Shown here: piece after piece, positions 1 to 12,627 of the stretch
How the letters are laid out: each line of letters begins with the position of its first letter
How positions within the stretch are numbered: position 1 is the stretch's first letter
Source: Eledone cirrhosa
Lineage: Eukaryota
DNA length: 64,000 bases
Direction: 5' to 3'
Assembly (NCBI GenBank): GCA_964016885.1
Contig: OZ024747.1
Coordinates: 44,826,001-44,890,000, forward strand
Made by a program: the position numbers and the translations under genes
Notes under the pieces: model-generated
Database searches by the model: none
What the model was told of the DNA's origin: nothing
Seen by the model: the letters and a program-made list of their open reading frames with translations, nothing else

Positions 1-91
1 CCGAGGGACATTTGTGGAGAAAGCCCATTAAAAAACCACAGTGGCCCTGACCACCAGGGCAAGTGCCCTCTCCCAGTTTTCCACCTTTAAT

Positions 92-3000
92 TTACAGACA
101 CATACTCAGAGAAGGCCCATTCATTCGGGCCATACTTGCTTCTCTCACCCATCTTTCAACAAAATGCTGGGAAGAGAGCACTTCCCTCTCTACCCTGATT
201 TTCCTTTTCAAATGAAATTTGAAAAAGTTAATCAGGGCATCACCGAAGAGGTAAGTGCTCGTCTTCAGCCCTTTCAAACGTGTCCACCATACTATCTCTT
301 TCGCCATGGCCACCAGACAGATAAAAACTGCCTGCCCTTCCAGGCTAAAGGAAGGGGGCGGGGCAATCCTCACGATGGACTCAGCTGATAGCTGGATCCG
401 TCCTACACGTGACAGCAGGTGTTCGACATAAACCCACAAGTCAGCAATGCTCGGACACTGGACGAGTGCGTGCAGGACGGTTTCGTCGCCCTGCGCGCAT
501 CTCGGACATGCCCGGCTGACGGCACTTCCATGCCTGTAGAGTTTATCCCGAACTGGCAAAGCTCCTCGGTAGCACTGCCAGGCCAGGGATTTCTGGAAGT
601 TGTCCATAGGCCCCGGCCCGAAAGTCCTTCCGAAGAGATTGGCTAGTTGATTTTCGTCGACGCCTAGAGTTTCTCCAAGTACGTCGTCGCTCTTCCCCTC
701 CACTAATCCCCTATAGAACGCCAAGGTGGAGTTTCCACCGATCACATTGCCCGATTGGTCGAGGGCTGTGAGCGCCTGAAGACATTCCAGTCTCCAAGCG
801 CTCCCTCTCGGTTTTCGCTTGACCCAGGACTGCAGCTCCGTCAAGGAGACGAGCTGGGGAAAAACGTGTCTTGCAAACGGCGACCACACCTGATCACCGT
901 CGAGGAAGAGGTGGAGATGTCGTAGCCTGAGCGCGTGTCTGCGCATCATCAGCCACGGCATGCCCAGCCCTCCACGTAGCGGGTGTTGACAGCAGATGGA
1001 CCGCCTGACCATCGGAGCGCGTCCCTTCCACAAGAAGCGAAAGAGCAAACGCTCCAGCGCAGTCAGGCGGGGCTTAGGACAAGGTACGACGGTCAGGCGG
1101 TAGTAGATGACGGATGCGATGTACGCATTCGCCACCTCCGCTCGACCTTTCAGGGATAGCTTCCTCTCGGCCCATTTCTGGGTGAGAGAAGCCACCCTGC
1201 TCGTCACCTCGTCCCAGTTTTTGTCCGTCTGGAGGTCTGGACCGAACCAGACCCCTAGCAATTTAACCGGTCCGTCCGTCCAGCGCCCGACGGCGCTGTT
1301 GGACGGCATGGACCTGCCTCTCCAGGTGCCGAGCTGCAGGCCCACTGACTTTTCCTGGTTGATCATTGCTCCTGTCACCGCTTCGTATTCCCTTAGTGTA
1401 GTGCCGATCGCCTCGATGTGTTTGGCGTTCGACACCACTACGGTGACATCGTCGGCATATGCTGACACGGATCTTCCGCATCCTAGTTCGCGCGGGACCC
1501 CCCTCAACGTCTCCAGTTTGTGCAGTAATGGCTCGAGAGTCAATACGTACAATAGGGTCGAGAGGGGACATCCTTGGCGGACCGAGCGCATGATGTTGAA
1601 CGGTTCCGAAAGGTGACCGTTCACTCTCACTACAGAGCAGATGTCGCTGTGCATGGCAGCGATCCAGCCTCTGAAGACGGGCCCAAAGCCAGCCGCCCTC
1701 AGGACTGCCGTTAGGTAACGATGGTCGACCCTATCGAAGGCTTTCGACTGATCTAAATTGATCAAAGACCCACCCGTGCCAGGTTCCCTAGCTACCCTCT
1801 CTACGATGTATCGCATGAGGTGGAGGTTGTCGTGGATGGATCTGTCGGGAATGGCGCATGTCTGTGCCTCTCCCACCAGACCACCAACGACAAGCGCCAA
1901 CCTCTTTGCTAGCACCTTGGCCAAAATCTTGAACTCTGTGTTTAGCAGAGTTATGGGCCTAAAATTATCTATGTTATCCCCCTTGTTCGGATCCTTTCTC
2001 AGCAGCGCCACCGCTCCTCGGCTCACAGAGCTGGGAATTCTCCCGTTCTGTTGCCAGTTGCAGTAGACGTCCGCCAAGAGGCCTCCGAACAAGTTTGGCA
2101 TTTGTACGTAAAGTTCATAGGGCAGACCATCCAAACCAGGCGATTTACCCCTTGTGCAACTAGTCATTGCATCCCGTACTTCAGCGGTTGTTATCGGCTT
2201 TTCGCAACACTCCGCCTCAGTGGCCGAAAGCCGCGGCAGTCCGTCGAGGTAGACACTAAAGTCCATCCCTCGATCCGGCCCGCCACTGCCCCCGAACAGT
2301 TGAGCGAAGTGTCGCTGAAAAGCTTCACACATTTGCCCGGGATCGAGTAGCATGCGCCCGTCGTGGTCCACCAAAGACCGGATCGTGGCTTTGTTGCCAC
2401 GACGCGCCTCCGCCACTCGGGCCCATTGAACGGCTTTCGTCCCCTCCTGTCTGAGAGCACGCACCCTAGCTCTGACAACGCAGCCTTCGTGCTTTGCATT
2501 GAAGAATTGGTCAAGGCCCAATTTCGCCGCAAGTACGTCGGTCGCGATGCCTTTGCTAAGCGCCTCATCTAATTTTCTAACTAATTCTCCCTCTGCTCTA
2601 TTTTTCTCTATTGCTAAATTCTTACTAAACCTAATGGACTCTATTCTAATTGCTCTTTTCAGAGCAAACCACCACTTGTTGTTGACGATGGCCCCCGTCA
2701 ACGCCCGCTTAACTAGTTCGCTAATCCGGTCTCTGTAGGCCTTGCGCGCTGGTAAGGACGCGTTTAGCTTCCAGTAGCCGGGTCCTCGTCTATGAAGCCT
2801 ATCTAAGTCAAGCACACAGATCACGAATTTGTGGTCCGTGTAGCTGACTATCTTGAATTGTGGACAGCCTATGCTAGACCTATCTATTTCCCTACAAAAT
2901 ACTCTATCTAGATATGATCTGGATGACCCTATGCGATTTGTCCAAGTCCACATTGGTACATTCGGGAAATCCATTCGGTACCTGTCAGACAGTTCAAAAC

Positions 3001-3511
3001 GTCTGAGCAGGTTGGTGAGACTCTTGCACCCTCCTTCCCTATCCACTAATCCCACACAATCCCAGCGTGCATCTAAGATCCCGTTCCAGTCGCCCACTAA
3101 CACTAAAGAGCGGGACGTTCCAAGAAAGGTCTCCAGACGCGGAAAGAAATCAGGCCGCCCTGCTCCTGTCGGGGCATAGACGGCCACTAACCTGAAAGCT
3201 TGCCCGTCTCCGCTGGTCACGTCCAGCACCACCAACTTACCTTCTGGGTCCAGGAAGATGGCCCGTATGGCAAGATCCAAACCTCTCCGAAAAAGCACAG
3301 CAACTCCTCCCCCCGATCCCGGACGGCTGGGAGATGCCTACACATCGTAGCCGCCGAAGATCGGTGCGAAAGCCTGTGCTTCGGAGATTCTGGTCTCGTT
3401 GATGGCCACTACATCTATGTTTAGTGACCTGAGGTCGTTGAGCAGGTGGCCCTGCTTCCATGACGACCCCAAGCCACGCGCATTTATGCTGCCTATTCTG
3501 AGTGAGGTCAT
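92..3511 (-). pseudogene. LINE ORF2: AP endonuclease + reverse transcriptase + C-terminal CCHC zinc finger, with one in-frame stop
   Basis: Manual translation from ATG 3511 gives MTSLRIGSINARGL...VAINET...GYDV*ASPS...GGGVAVLF, in frame with the 1068-aa ORF; the TAG is at 3338-3340. Motifs: VYAP, GDWN, YLDR, TDH (APE); KSPGLDG, FRPITLLN, KAFD, QGCPLS, YADD (RT); CPRC...ETVLHALVQC. Confidence 0.93.
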
Positions 3512-3545
3512 GTTGAAAAGGAGTGGAAAAGATGGGAAAGACCAC

Positions 3546-5534
3546 TTACCTTACTTCTCGTAGGGGAAGGACGGCTTTTCCATCCTTTTCACTGCTTGTG
3601 GCCTCCTCAGGAAGGATGTCCTTATAAATCCTCCTGGAGAGTGCTTGTCGGAAGTCTCCGATGTCTTTGGGGAATTTTTGTTTTAGTGTCATGTACGTTT
3701 TCTGTGTGATGCGAGTGATTTGTATGTGTGGAGGTGGTGTGAATTTTGGGGTTGTTGTGTAGTCTTTTTCTGTGATGCTGGTGTTGTGTTGGATGTAGTG
3801 TAATAATTGCTTGTTGTTCAAATTTAATGCTGTGTAGTGTGTATCGTTTTGGTTGTTTTGTTTTGTTTGCGTTTGTTGTGGGTTTGTTTCTGTTTCGCAT
3901 TTTGGTGACTTTTGTGGTGTAGGTGATGGTGGTGTTGGAGTTAATGATGGTGATGGTGTTGGTGTTTGGGTTGATGGGGTTGGTGATGCTGGTGTGGATG
4001 GTGGCATATCTGTCCTAACTTTTTTGTTTCTTAGTTTATTTGTTTCCCTCTGTATTTTGTTTTTGGAGGGGGAAGGAAGAGAATTTTTTCTTTTTTGGTT
4101 TCTTTTTTTTTTCCGGATATCGTTTCCCACTCCTCGTCGTCACAATCTGTCTCCAGTTGTGATAGGCCGGGGAGTGGAAAATCCTCCACAGCCGTTAGTT
4201 TTGGTTGTGGTGTGGTGGATGGTGTAGGCGCTGGTGCTAGTTCTGAAGCGTTGGGTGGTGTTGGTTTTGTTGGTGGTGGTAGTGGTGTTGGTTTTGCTAC
4301 TGTTGCTGGGGTTGTTGCTGTTATAGTTGCTTCTGTTGTTGCTGCTACAGTTGTTGCTGCCATCTCTGCTACTGGTGGTGTTGATGGTTGTGTCACTGGG
4401 GTGGGTAGGAGAGGTGGCCTCAACCTTTTAGCCTGAGGGCAGAAAGCCCTTAGGTGGGTTCCTTCACCACAAACGACACACCTAGGTCTTCTGCCCTCGA
4501 CAATTACCGTGAGGTGGCTGCCGTCAGTGAGGTCTATTACCTCTGGGATCTCCTCAATGCTTTTTTGGTCCGCTTGGATCAGGAGCTCCATCCCAGATCC
4601 GGACCAGTTTTCCTGCTTTTCTTTTGCTACTGCTATTATTTTCGTGTTGGCTTCGATGCCGGCGAGGACAGCCGCTATTAGCCAGGGAATTTCGATGGCC
4701 GGTGGAACGTGGGTCACCCTGATCTTTACGAGTCTCTGGCCACAATAGCTTGGGACGAGTGTGAGGTCGTCACTTTTTAATGGGGCCATGGAGTGTTCTC
4801 TAGCCTCCTCTGGTGTTTCAAAGAACACATCCACGGTTCCATACTTTTGCCCACGTCTGATGTGGGTTTTTCTTGCCCACACATGTCCCAAAGCTTTTTG
4901 GATTTGGGACTCGGATGCCCGTTCCACTCGGCGCGATTTTACATTTATTGTTCTATACGACACGGTGCACAGGCGCCGATGCTCCATTTTATTAGGTGGG
5001 GGTGGTGAGGCTGACCCTGTACCCATCTTTCTTTACCATTTGTTTGGCATTTTCTAAATCTTCTTGAGTTACCGTGAACGCTTCGAATTGTTTTGCTACG
5101 ATGGCGAAACTGAGGGTCGGTTTTATAATGTCATTGTTGTTGTTGTTGCTATCGTTATTTGTGTTAATCTTAATTTTTGTTTCAGTTGTGGTGGTGGTGA
5201 CGTCATTCGTCTTTGGTGCGGAAGAGTCCATTTTGCTTGATTTCATTTCGACATCACGAGTTAATTTATTTTTTTCTTCTTTTGTTTCTGTTGTCGCGGT
5301 GGTGGTGGGGGTGGTGGTTGTCGCGGTGGTGGTGGTGGTGGAGGCTTTAACACCTGCAGTCATTGGTAATGGCGGGAAAGGAATGTCTGCCTGAGACAAA
5401 TTTAAAATATTGCTACTGCTTATATTTTTTTTTGTGTTGGCAAACGTAGTAACATTTATAATGGTGGTGTCGGTGTGAGGTGTTATTTTGTGAGAAAGGC
5501 TTTCAGCTGCTTCGTGCAGAGGGGAATTAGCCAT
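3546..5534 (-). pseudogene. LINE ORF1 (RRM-like region + CCHC knuckle + Pro/Thr-rich tail) split over three frames
   Basis: Overlapping ORFs 4992-5534, 4031-5026 (CVVCGEGTHLRAFC = CX2CX4HX4C) and 3546-4130. One break lies near the T10 run at about 4103-4112. Confidence 0.75.
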
Positions 5535-5741
5535 TTTTTTTCAAAGAAATTTTTGGATAATAATAAAAGTTAAAATTTTGGGCACAAGGCCCCAATCTTT
5601 TTGGGTGTCCTTTTCGGAAAACAATGTATGTGCGCTTATAAACAGTTAACAATAAAATTTTCCATAAATGACAATTTTTAACAAACGGAAATAACAAACC
5701 TTTGCGGAGCTCACGATGATACGATTTACTACGTAGGTCGC

Positions 5742-5755
5742 CAATAATAATAATG

Positions 5756-5798
<43 letters not shown>
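5742..5798. repeat. (AAT)n microsatellite at the LINE 5' junction
   Basis: Read directly from the sequence. Confidence 0.95.
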
Positions 5799-5799
<1 letters not shown>

Positions 5800-5981
5800 C
5801 AAAAGATATATACTTTATATCATTTCTATTTATTTTATTATATATATTTCAAAGTTGTAAAGTTTTATGTATAACATATAGCAAAACATGTCCTCCTCAG
5901 ATAAAATACATAGAAAATGAATAATTTTTTTTCATGATATGCTGGTAGACAAACGATTTGGACAGATCAGTGACCACCAAG

Positions 5982-6230
5982 CATCATCATTTTCGTTTAA
6001 TGTCCATCATCCACGTTAGCATGGGTTAGACGGGAGTTGGCCCACTTGAGGCAAGGTTGGCTGGGTGACCGTGTCTCACTCATATAGGACTATCTGGCAG
6101 GTTTACTATGGCTGGATGCCCTTCCTAACACCAACCACATTTACAGTATGGAACTGGGAACTTTTACCATGTTACCTACACGGCCACATTACAGCGTGGA
6201 CTGTGTGTTTTTTTGTCGTGACACCTACAC
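5982..6230 (-). mobile_element. 3' part of SINE family B, (GAT)n-tailed
   Basis: Shares ggatgcccttcctaacaccaacc and agcatgggttagacggg with the copies at 36899 and 55066. Confidence 0.7.
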
Positions 6231-6329
6231 GATCTCAATCTCATTATCTCATTTATTTGGTCTGGATGATGTGGTACCAACTTTATAGAGAGAGGGTGGT
6301 GTTGGTGGGAGTGGGAGGATAGGGTAGGG

Positions 6330-7095
6330 GTAGTGGATTGGGGTGTATATTAAGAGGTGCCTACTGACTAGGTTTCGCTTTGTACATAGGCAAGGCGGGT
6401 CTTCTGTATTACTGCGTAGCGCCAAAGATCTCAGTCCAGTGACATTGTCTCAGAGAGGTGCAAGTGTGTAAGGTCTGAATTTATCAGATTGTCCCAGGCT
6501 TTTCTGAGTCTACCTACTCCGTAACTACCATCAATTTTGATCGCCCTGCACTTTTTTATACAGCTGTCGTCTTTCATGCACATCATGTGACCATACCAAC
6601 GTAATCTTCTCTCTTATTCCTAATTTCTCACTTAGTTCATTTATGCTTTGCCGTTCACGAATATTACTATTACACATCCAACGGAGCATGCATGCTTTGT
6701 TCCTTTCCAGTCTGCACACGTCCTCTGCACACAATGCCCATGTCTCACTGCCATTTAACATTGCTGTTCGTATACAGGCACCATACAATCTGCCTTTCAT
6801 TTTTAGAGAGAAACCTTTTGTGGCCAACAGCGGTATAAGCTCTCTGAACTTTTTCCATCCCGTTCTGACTCTGGCTACTGTACTTTCAGAATACCCTCCA
6901 TCACTGCTGATTTCGTCACCCAGGTAACGGAAAGTGTCCACTATTTCTATAGAACCATCTGGGCAATAGAAGGATCTAGTATCCTGTGGGCACTTGCTAC
7001 TTATTGCACCTGAGCATCGGCCACATATAAAGTCTACATTCTTAGATAGTTTACCTGTGATCCCACTACATCTTTTATGTACCCATAGTTTGCAT
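6330..7095 (-). mobile_element. RTE-type LINE 3' relic
   Basis: Translates to WVHKRCSGI...CGRC...FRYLGD...WKKFRELIPLL...GSETW. Same family as 17690, 21165, 41204 and 57735. Confidence 0.85.
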
Positions 7096-7096
7096 A

Positions 7097-7511
7097 TAAT
7101 AATAATAATGAAAATATTGTGTACAGTGCTCAGGTGCACTACAACTCATCAAAAGTGTATGTATAGTACATAGGGTAATGTACAAACGTCAGGAAAATGA
7201 ACAGTGCATGAGTCATGATATACACATGTGTGCATGTAGATTTGGCGAATTTCGCGAAGCATGAGGGTTTTAAAGGATGCAGTATCTCGGCAGCTAACAA
7301 CTGGCGCAGGTAGTTTGTTCCATGCTTCAGCAACTCTAAGCGTGAAAAAATGTTTCCGAAAGTCATGGGAGCTGTGCTGTTTTCTGACTTTGTAGGCATG
7401 TCAACATGTGTTAAACACATGGAGATCAAAAAGGTGCTCAGGGTTGTTGTTGGCGAGATGGTTAATAACTTTGTGGGTGTTTACCAAGTCCATTGCCAGA
7501 CGTCGAAGCTT
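7097..7511 (-). mobile_element. CR1-type LINE 3' relic
   Basis: Manual translation gives KLRRLAMDLVNTHK...KHFFTLRVAEAWNKLPAPVV...SFK, the CR1 ORF2 C-terminal pattern. A second copy lies at 40985-41203. Confidence 0.75.
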
Positions 7512-7530
7512 CAATATATATCTATATCTA

Positions 7531-7631
7531 CAGGGTGTCCCAAAAAAGTGTATACACACTTTGATTACCTGTACAAGGACTATTTATTAGAATGCTGTTG
7601 AAGTGTGTATACACTTTTTGGAGACACCCAG
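7531..7631. mobile_element. Tc1/mariner-type MITE
   Basis: TIRs of about 31 bp (cagggtgtcccaaaaaagtgtatacacactt / aagtgtgtatacactttttggagacacccag) with TA on both sides. A second copy lies at 43737-43815. Confidence 0.8.
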
Positions 7632-8029
7632 TATATATATATATATATAAATAACGCTATTTGTGTCTGCATCAATGATTAAATCTAAGTGTATTTGATA
7701 AGTATATATATGCCATATCTGTGCCTGTATCTAGTTTTGTATGTGTTTGAATGTGTATTTGCATATTTGTGCACACATGAAGGATATGTATTTATTTATA
7801 CACATGCAAACACTTAATATTTTATAGCACTGAAAGACATTTAAATCCTCTAAAAACCTCAAACATGCTCTAAACTTTTAATCTCATTAATCTAATCTAG
7901 TAGTTTTCATCTTCTAGTTGTTGCTCTGTTCAATAGAACAGAGCAACAAATTGTTATCTTATATTTATTTAATCCTTATATTTTATTAATTTCATAACCC
8001 ATGCCAGCATGGAAACTGGATGGAAAATA

Positions 8030-8362
8030 ATGATGATTGTCGTGATGGTGGTGATGATGATGGTGGTGGTGGTGATGGTGGTGATTGTGGTGGTGGTGGT
8101 GGTGGTGGTGGTGGTGGTGATTGAGATAGTGGAGGTGGTGGTGGTGATTGTGGTGGTGGTGATGGTGGTGGTAGTGGTGGTGATTGAGATAGTGGTGGTG
8201 GTGGTGATTGAGATAGTGGAGGTGGTGGTGGTGGTGATTGTGGTGGTGGTGATGATGATGGTGGTGATGATGGTGATTGTGGTGGTAGTGGTGATGGTGG
8301 TGGTGGTGGTGGTGGTGATTGAGATAGTGGAGGTGGTGGTGGTGATTGTGGTGGCGGTGATC

Positions 8363-8394
<32 letters not shown>

Positions 8395-8672
8395 GTGATG
8401 GTGGTGGTGGTGGTGGTGGTGGTGGTGGTGTGATGGAGATGGTGGTGGTGGTGGTGGTGATGGTGGTGGTGGTGATGGTGATGGTGGTGGCGATGGTGGT
8501 GGTGGTGCTGATGGTGGTAGTGGTGGTGGTGATGGTGATGGTGGTGGTGGAGGTGGTGATGGTGGTGGTGATGGTGGTGGTGGTGATGGTGGTGGTGGTG
8601 ATGGAGATGGTGGTGGTGGTGGTGATGGTGGTGGTGGTGGTGGGGATGATGATGACAATGATGGTAGTGGTG
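8030..8672. repeat. (GGT/GAT)n low-complexity trinucleotide tract
   Basis: Read directly from the sequence. Confidence 0.95.
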
Positions 8673-8807
8673 TGATAATACCTTTTTTCTTCTTCCTTCA
8701 GTTGTTCATTAATATTTTAATTAAATTCTAATATCATCACTAATTATTCATAAGTTATTTTCCACAGCTAATTAGAACAAAGTCAATCACTCACTGTGAC
8801 ACTCTTT

Positions 8808-9021
8808 AGTGTTGTTGTTGTTGTTGTTGTTGGTGGTGGTGGTGTTGGTGGTGGTGGTGGTGGTGATGTTGGTGGTGGTGGTGGTGATGTTGTTGGTGGT
8901 GGTGGTGGTGATGGTGGTGGTGTTGTTGTTGGTGGTGATGTTGTTGTTGGTGGTGGTGTTGTTGGTGGTGGTGTTGTTGTTGTTGTTGGTGGTGGTGATG
9001 TTGTTGTTGGTGGTGGTGATG

Positions 9022-9053
<32 letters not shown>

Positions 9054-10593
9054 GATGTTGGTGGTGGTGGTGATGTTGGTGGTGGTGGTGGTGATGTTGT
9101 TGTTGGTGATGGTGGTGGTGGTGATGGTGGTGGTGTTGTTGTTGTTGGTGGTGATGTTGTTGGTGTTGGTGGTGGTGGTGTTGTTGATGGTGGTGGTGGT
9201 GGTGATGGTGTTGTTGTTGTTGTTGTTGGGGTGGTGGTGGTGGTGATGTTGGTGGTGGTGGTGATGTTGTTGTTGGTGGTGGTGGTGATGTTGTTGGTGT
9301 TGGTAGTGATGTTGTTGTTGTTGGTGGTGGTGTTGTTGGTGGTGGTGGTGTTGTTGTTGGTGGTGGTGATGTTGGTGGTGGTGGTGGTGATGTTGTTGTT
9401 GATGGTGGTGGTGGTGGTGATGGTGGTGGTGTTGTTGATGTTGGTGGTGATGTTGTTGTTGGTGGTGGTGTTGTTGGTGGTGGTGGTGATGTTGTTGGTG
9501 TTGGTGTTGTTGGTGTTGGTGGTGGTGGTGTTGTTGTTGGTGGTGGTGGTGATGTTGTTGGTGTTGGTGTTGTTGGTGTTGGTGGTGGTGGTGTTGTTGT
9601 TGTTGGTGGTGGTGGTGGTGATGTTGTTGTTATTGTTGTTGGTGGTGGTGGTGGTGATGTTGGTGGTGGTGGTGATGTTGTTGTTGTTGTTGGTGGTGGT
9701 GGTGTGGTGGTGGTGATGTTGTTGTTGGTGGTGGTGGTGGTGGTCTGGTGGTGGCGGTGGTGGTGATGTTGTTGTTGGTGGTGATGTTGTTGTTGTTGTT
9801 GGTGGTGGTGTTGTTGTTGTTGTTGGTGGTGGTGGTGTGGTGGTGGTGATGTTGTTGTTGGTGGTGGTGGTGGTCTGGTGGTGGCGGTGGTGGTGGTGGT
9901 GATGGTGGTGGTGTTGTTGTTGTTGGTGGTGGTGGTGGTGATGGTGGTGGTGTTGTTGTTGTCGTTGGTGGTGGTGGTGTTGTTGTTGTTGGTGGTGGTG
10001 GTGTGGTGGTGGTGATGTTGTTGTTGGTGGTGGTGGTGGTGGTCTGGTGGTGGCGGTGGTGGTGACGTTGTTGTTGGTGGTGATGTTGTTGTTGTTGTTG
10101 GTGGTGGTGTTGTTGTTGTTGGTGGTGGTGGTGGTGTTGTTGTTGTTGTTGGTGGTGATGTTGTTGTTGTTGTTGGTGGTGGTGGTGTGGTGGTGGTGAT
10201 GTTGTTGTTGGTGGTGGTGGTGGTCTGGTGGTGGCGTTGGTGGTGGTGGTGATGGTGGTGGTGTTGTTGTTGTTGTTGGTGGTGATGTTGTTGTTGTTGT
10301 TGGTGGTGGTGGTGTGGTGGTGGTGATGTTGTTGTTGGTGGTGGTGTTGTTGGTGGTGGTGGTGATGTTGTTGGTGGTGATGATGTTGTTGTTCCTGGTG
10401 ATGTTGTTGTTGTTGGTGGTGTTGTTGTTGGTGGTGGTGGTGGTGTGGTGGTGGTGATGTTGTTGTTGTTGGTGGTGGTGGTGGTGGTGTTGATGGTGTT
10501 GGTGGTGGTGGTGTTGTTGTTGTTGGTGGTGGTGGTGCTCTGGTGGTGGTGGTGGTGGTCTGGTGGTAGTGTTGGTGGTGGTGGTGGTGGTGG

Positions 10594-10624
<31 letters not shown>

Positions 10625-10775
10625 GATGATGATGTTGTTGTTGTTGTTGGTGGTGGAGGTGGTAGTGGTGGTGGTGTTGGTGGTGGTGATGTTGTTGTTG
10701 TTGTTGGTTGTGGTGGTCTGGTGGTGGTGGTGGTGGTGGTGGTGATGTTGTTGTTGTTGTTGGTGGTGGTGGTGA

Positions 10776-10806
<31 letters not shown>

Positions 10807-11640
10807 CTGGTGGTGGTGGTGGTGATGTTGTTGTTGGTGGTGGTGATGTTGTTGGTGTTGGTGGTGGTGGTGATGTTGTTGTTGGTGGTGGTGGTGATGT
10901 TGTTGGTGATGGTGGTGGTGGTGTTGGTGGTGATGGTGGTGGTAGTGGTGGTGATATTGATGGTGGTGGTGATGGTGGTGATGTTGTTGTTGGTGGTGGT
11001 GATGTTTTGTGATGGTGGTGGTGGTGATATTGATGGTGGTGGTGATGGTGGTGTTGTTGTTGTTGTTGGTGATGTTGTTGGTGATGTTGTTGCTGTTGGT
11101 GATGATAGTGATGGTGGTGGTGGCGATGTTGGTGATGGTGGTGGTGGTGATAGTGATCGTGTTGTTGGTGATAGTGATGGTGGTGGTGATATTGATGGTG
11201 TTGGTGGTGATGTTGTTGGTGATAGTGTTGGTGGTGGTGACATTGATGGTGTTGGTGGTGATGGTGGTGGTAGTGGTGGTGATATTGATGGTGGTAGTGG
11301 TGATAGTGATGGTGTTGGTGATGATGGCTGTGGTGATGTTGTTGGTGATAGTGGTGGTGGTGATGGTGGTGGTGTAGTTGCTGTATTGATGATACTTGTG
11401 GTTGTGATAATGATGCTGATGTTGGTGGCTGTTTGTTTGTGGTTGTGATGCTGGTTGTGATGGTGGTGTTGTTGGTCCAAGTGGTTATTATGATGATGGT
11501 AGTGGTGATGGCAAAAGCAGTGATTGTAGTGACAGTGATGGTGGTGGTTGTGGTGGTGGTCCAAGTGGTGATGGTGAAAGCAGTGGTAATAGTGACGGTT
11601 GTGGTGGTGATGATAGTGATGGCGACAGTGGTGGTGGAGA
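8808..11640. repeat. About 2.8 kb cryptic (GGT/TGT/GAT)n tract
   Basis: Read directly. It explains the spurious His/Thr/Pro/Val-rich ORFs in this region. Confidence 0.95.
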
Positions 11641-12280
11641 AAACGAAATGTGAAAAATAAAAAATAAAAATCTGCATATCTCCAAAAATGAAATCAACAA
11701 AATTTATAAATAAATGAATTAGTAAATAGATATGCTTAGAGTTTGACAGGTTGTCTGTTGTTTGAGGACAAATGAACATTGACAACTGAACACATTGATT
11801 GGAGACATTGGCAGCTCATATACAGACACAAATAAAGCAATAAGTGAGAGAAAATAAAACTATACAAAGTAGTTTTATTTATGATGTATAAATAAATATC
11901 TTCAACAGAATATTCATCTTGTTATTTTATCTTTGTTATAAAAAAAGCAAATAGTTAACTAACTACAAGAATCAGAAAACAGAGTTTAGACATACATACA
12001 CATGTACACATGCTCACACACATATTCTTTAAAAAATGAAAAAACTCTATGCTAGAACAGCCGTTAAAACAGCCAAATGCTGTCAATGATAGCAATGGGC
12101 AAAAATGTCTCAGAGGACAGAGACTAGTGGTCATTAGTTAGCAGAGAGACAATCCACGAGTTGAGTGATAGGCAGAGAAAATATAGAAAAGATTGAAAGA
12201 GGAGGGGGACAAGGAGAAGTGTGTTGGTGCATAGAAGTAACTGGAAAAAATAAATAAAGGCAATGTACAAGAAAAGGAAA

Positions 12281-12627
12281 GGTTGTGTCGGCATAGGCAG
12301 ATGACATCACTGGGATGGTGTCGAACAAATTGAAAATTGTCCTGTGTGAATGGCCTACTCTGAGCATGCGCCTGTAGGCTGGTTAATTTAAGGAGATGAA
12401 GGGTGTTCTACCTGGGTGCCCTCAAAGTGTTGGGTGGTTCAAGATTGGTGGTTCTTCCTCTATTGGGGAATATAATTTGTTATAAATTTTATTGTTATTG
12501 TTATTGTTATTTATATTGTCTGCATGTTGATATATGTAAAACCTCCACTGTCCCTGTCTTTGTATTGTCCCCTATATGTCAGCCCTTGTGGCCAATAAAT
12601 AAAACAATTATTATTATTATTATTATT
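12281..12627 (+). mobile_element. Internally deleted Tx1-like LINE relic with 3' UTR and (ATT)n end
   Basis: gtgtcggcataggcagatgacatcact reads VSA*ADDIT (YADD region). gtgaatggcctactctgagcatgcgcctgtag resembles the ORF2 end MNGPSLSMCL*. UTR, AATAAA and (ATT)n follow. Confidence 0.7.

Larger units (their letters stand above)
1..5741 (-). mobile_element. Near full-length L1/Tx1-like non-LTR retrotransposon; 3' UTR runs off the window start
   Basis: Gag-like ORF1 region (5534-3546) is followed by APE+RT ORF2 (3511-92). The 5' end abuts an (ATT)n tract at 5742-5798. ORF2 is much more GC-rich than the rest of the window. Confidence 0.93.

Noticed and set aside
3338-3340. Programmed read-through of the TAG in LINE ORF2
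   Set aside because: A single point mutation or sequencing error in one copy is simpler. It would need the family consensus to support.
7969-11785. Long His/Thr/Pro/Gln-rich or Val/Gly-rich ORFs (up to 1000 aa) as real genes
   Set aside because: They are open in several frames on both strands because the triplet repeat lacks stops. No domain or splice evidence.
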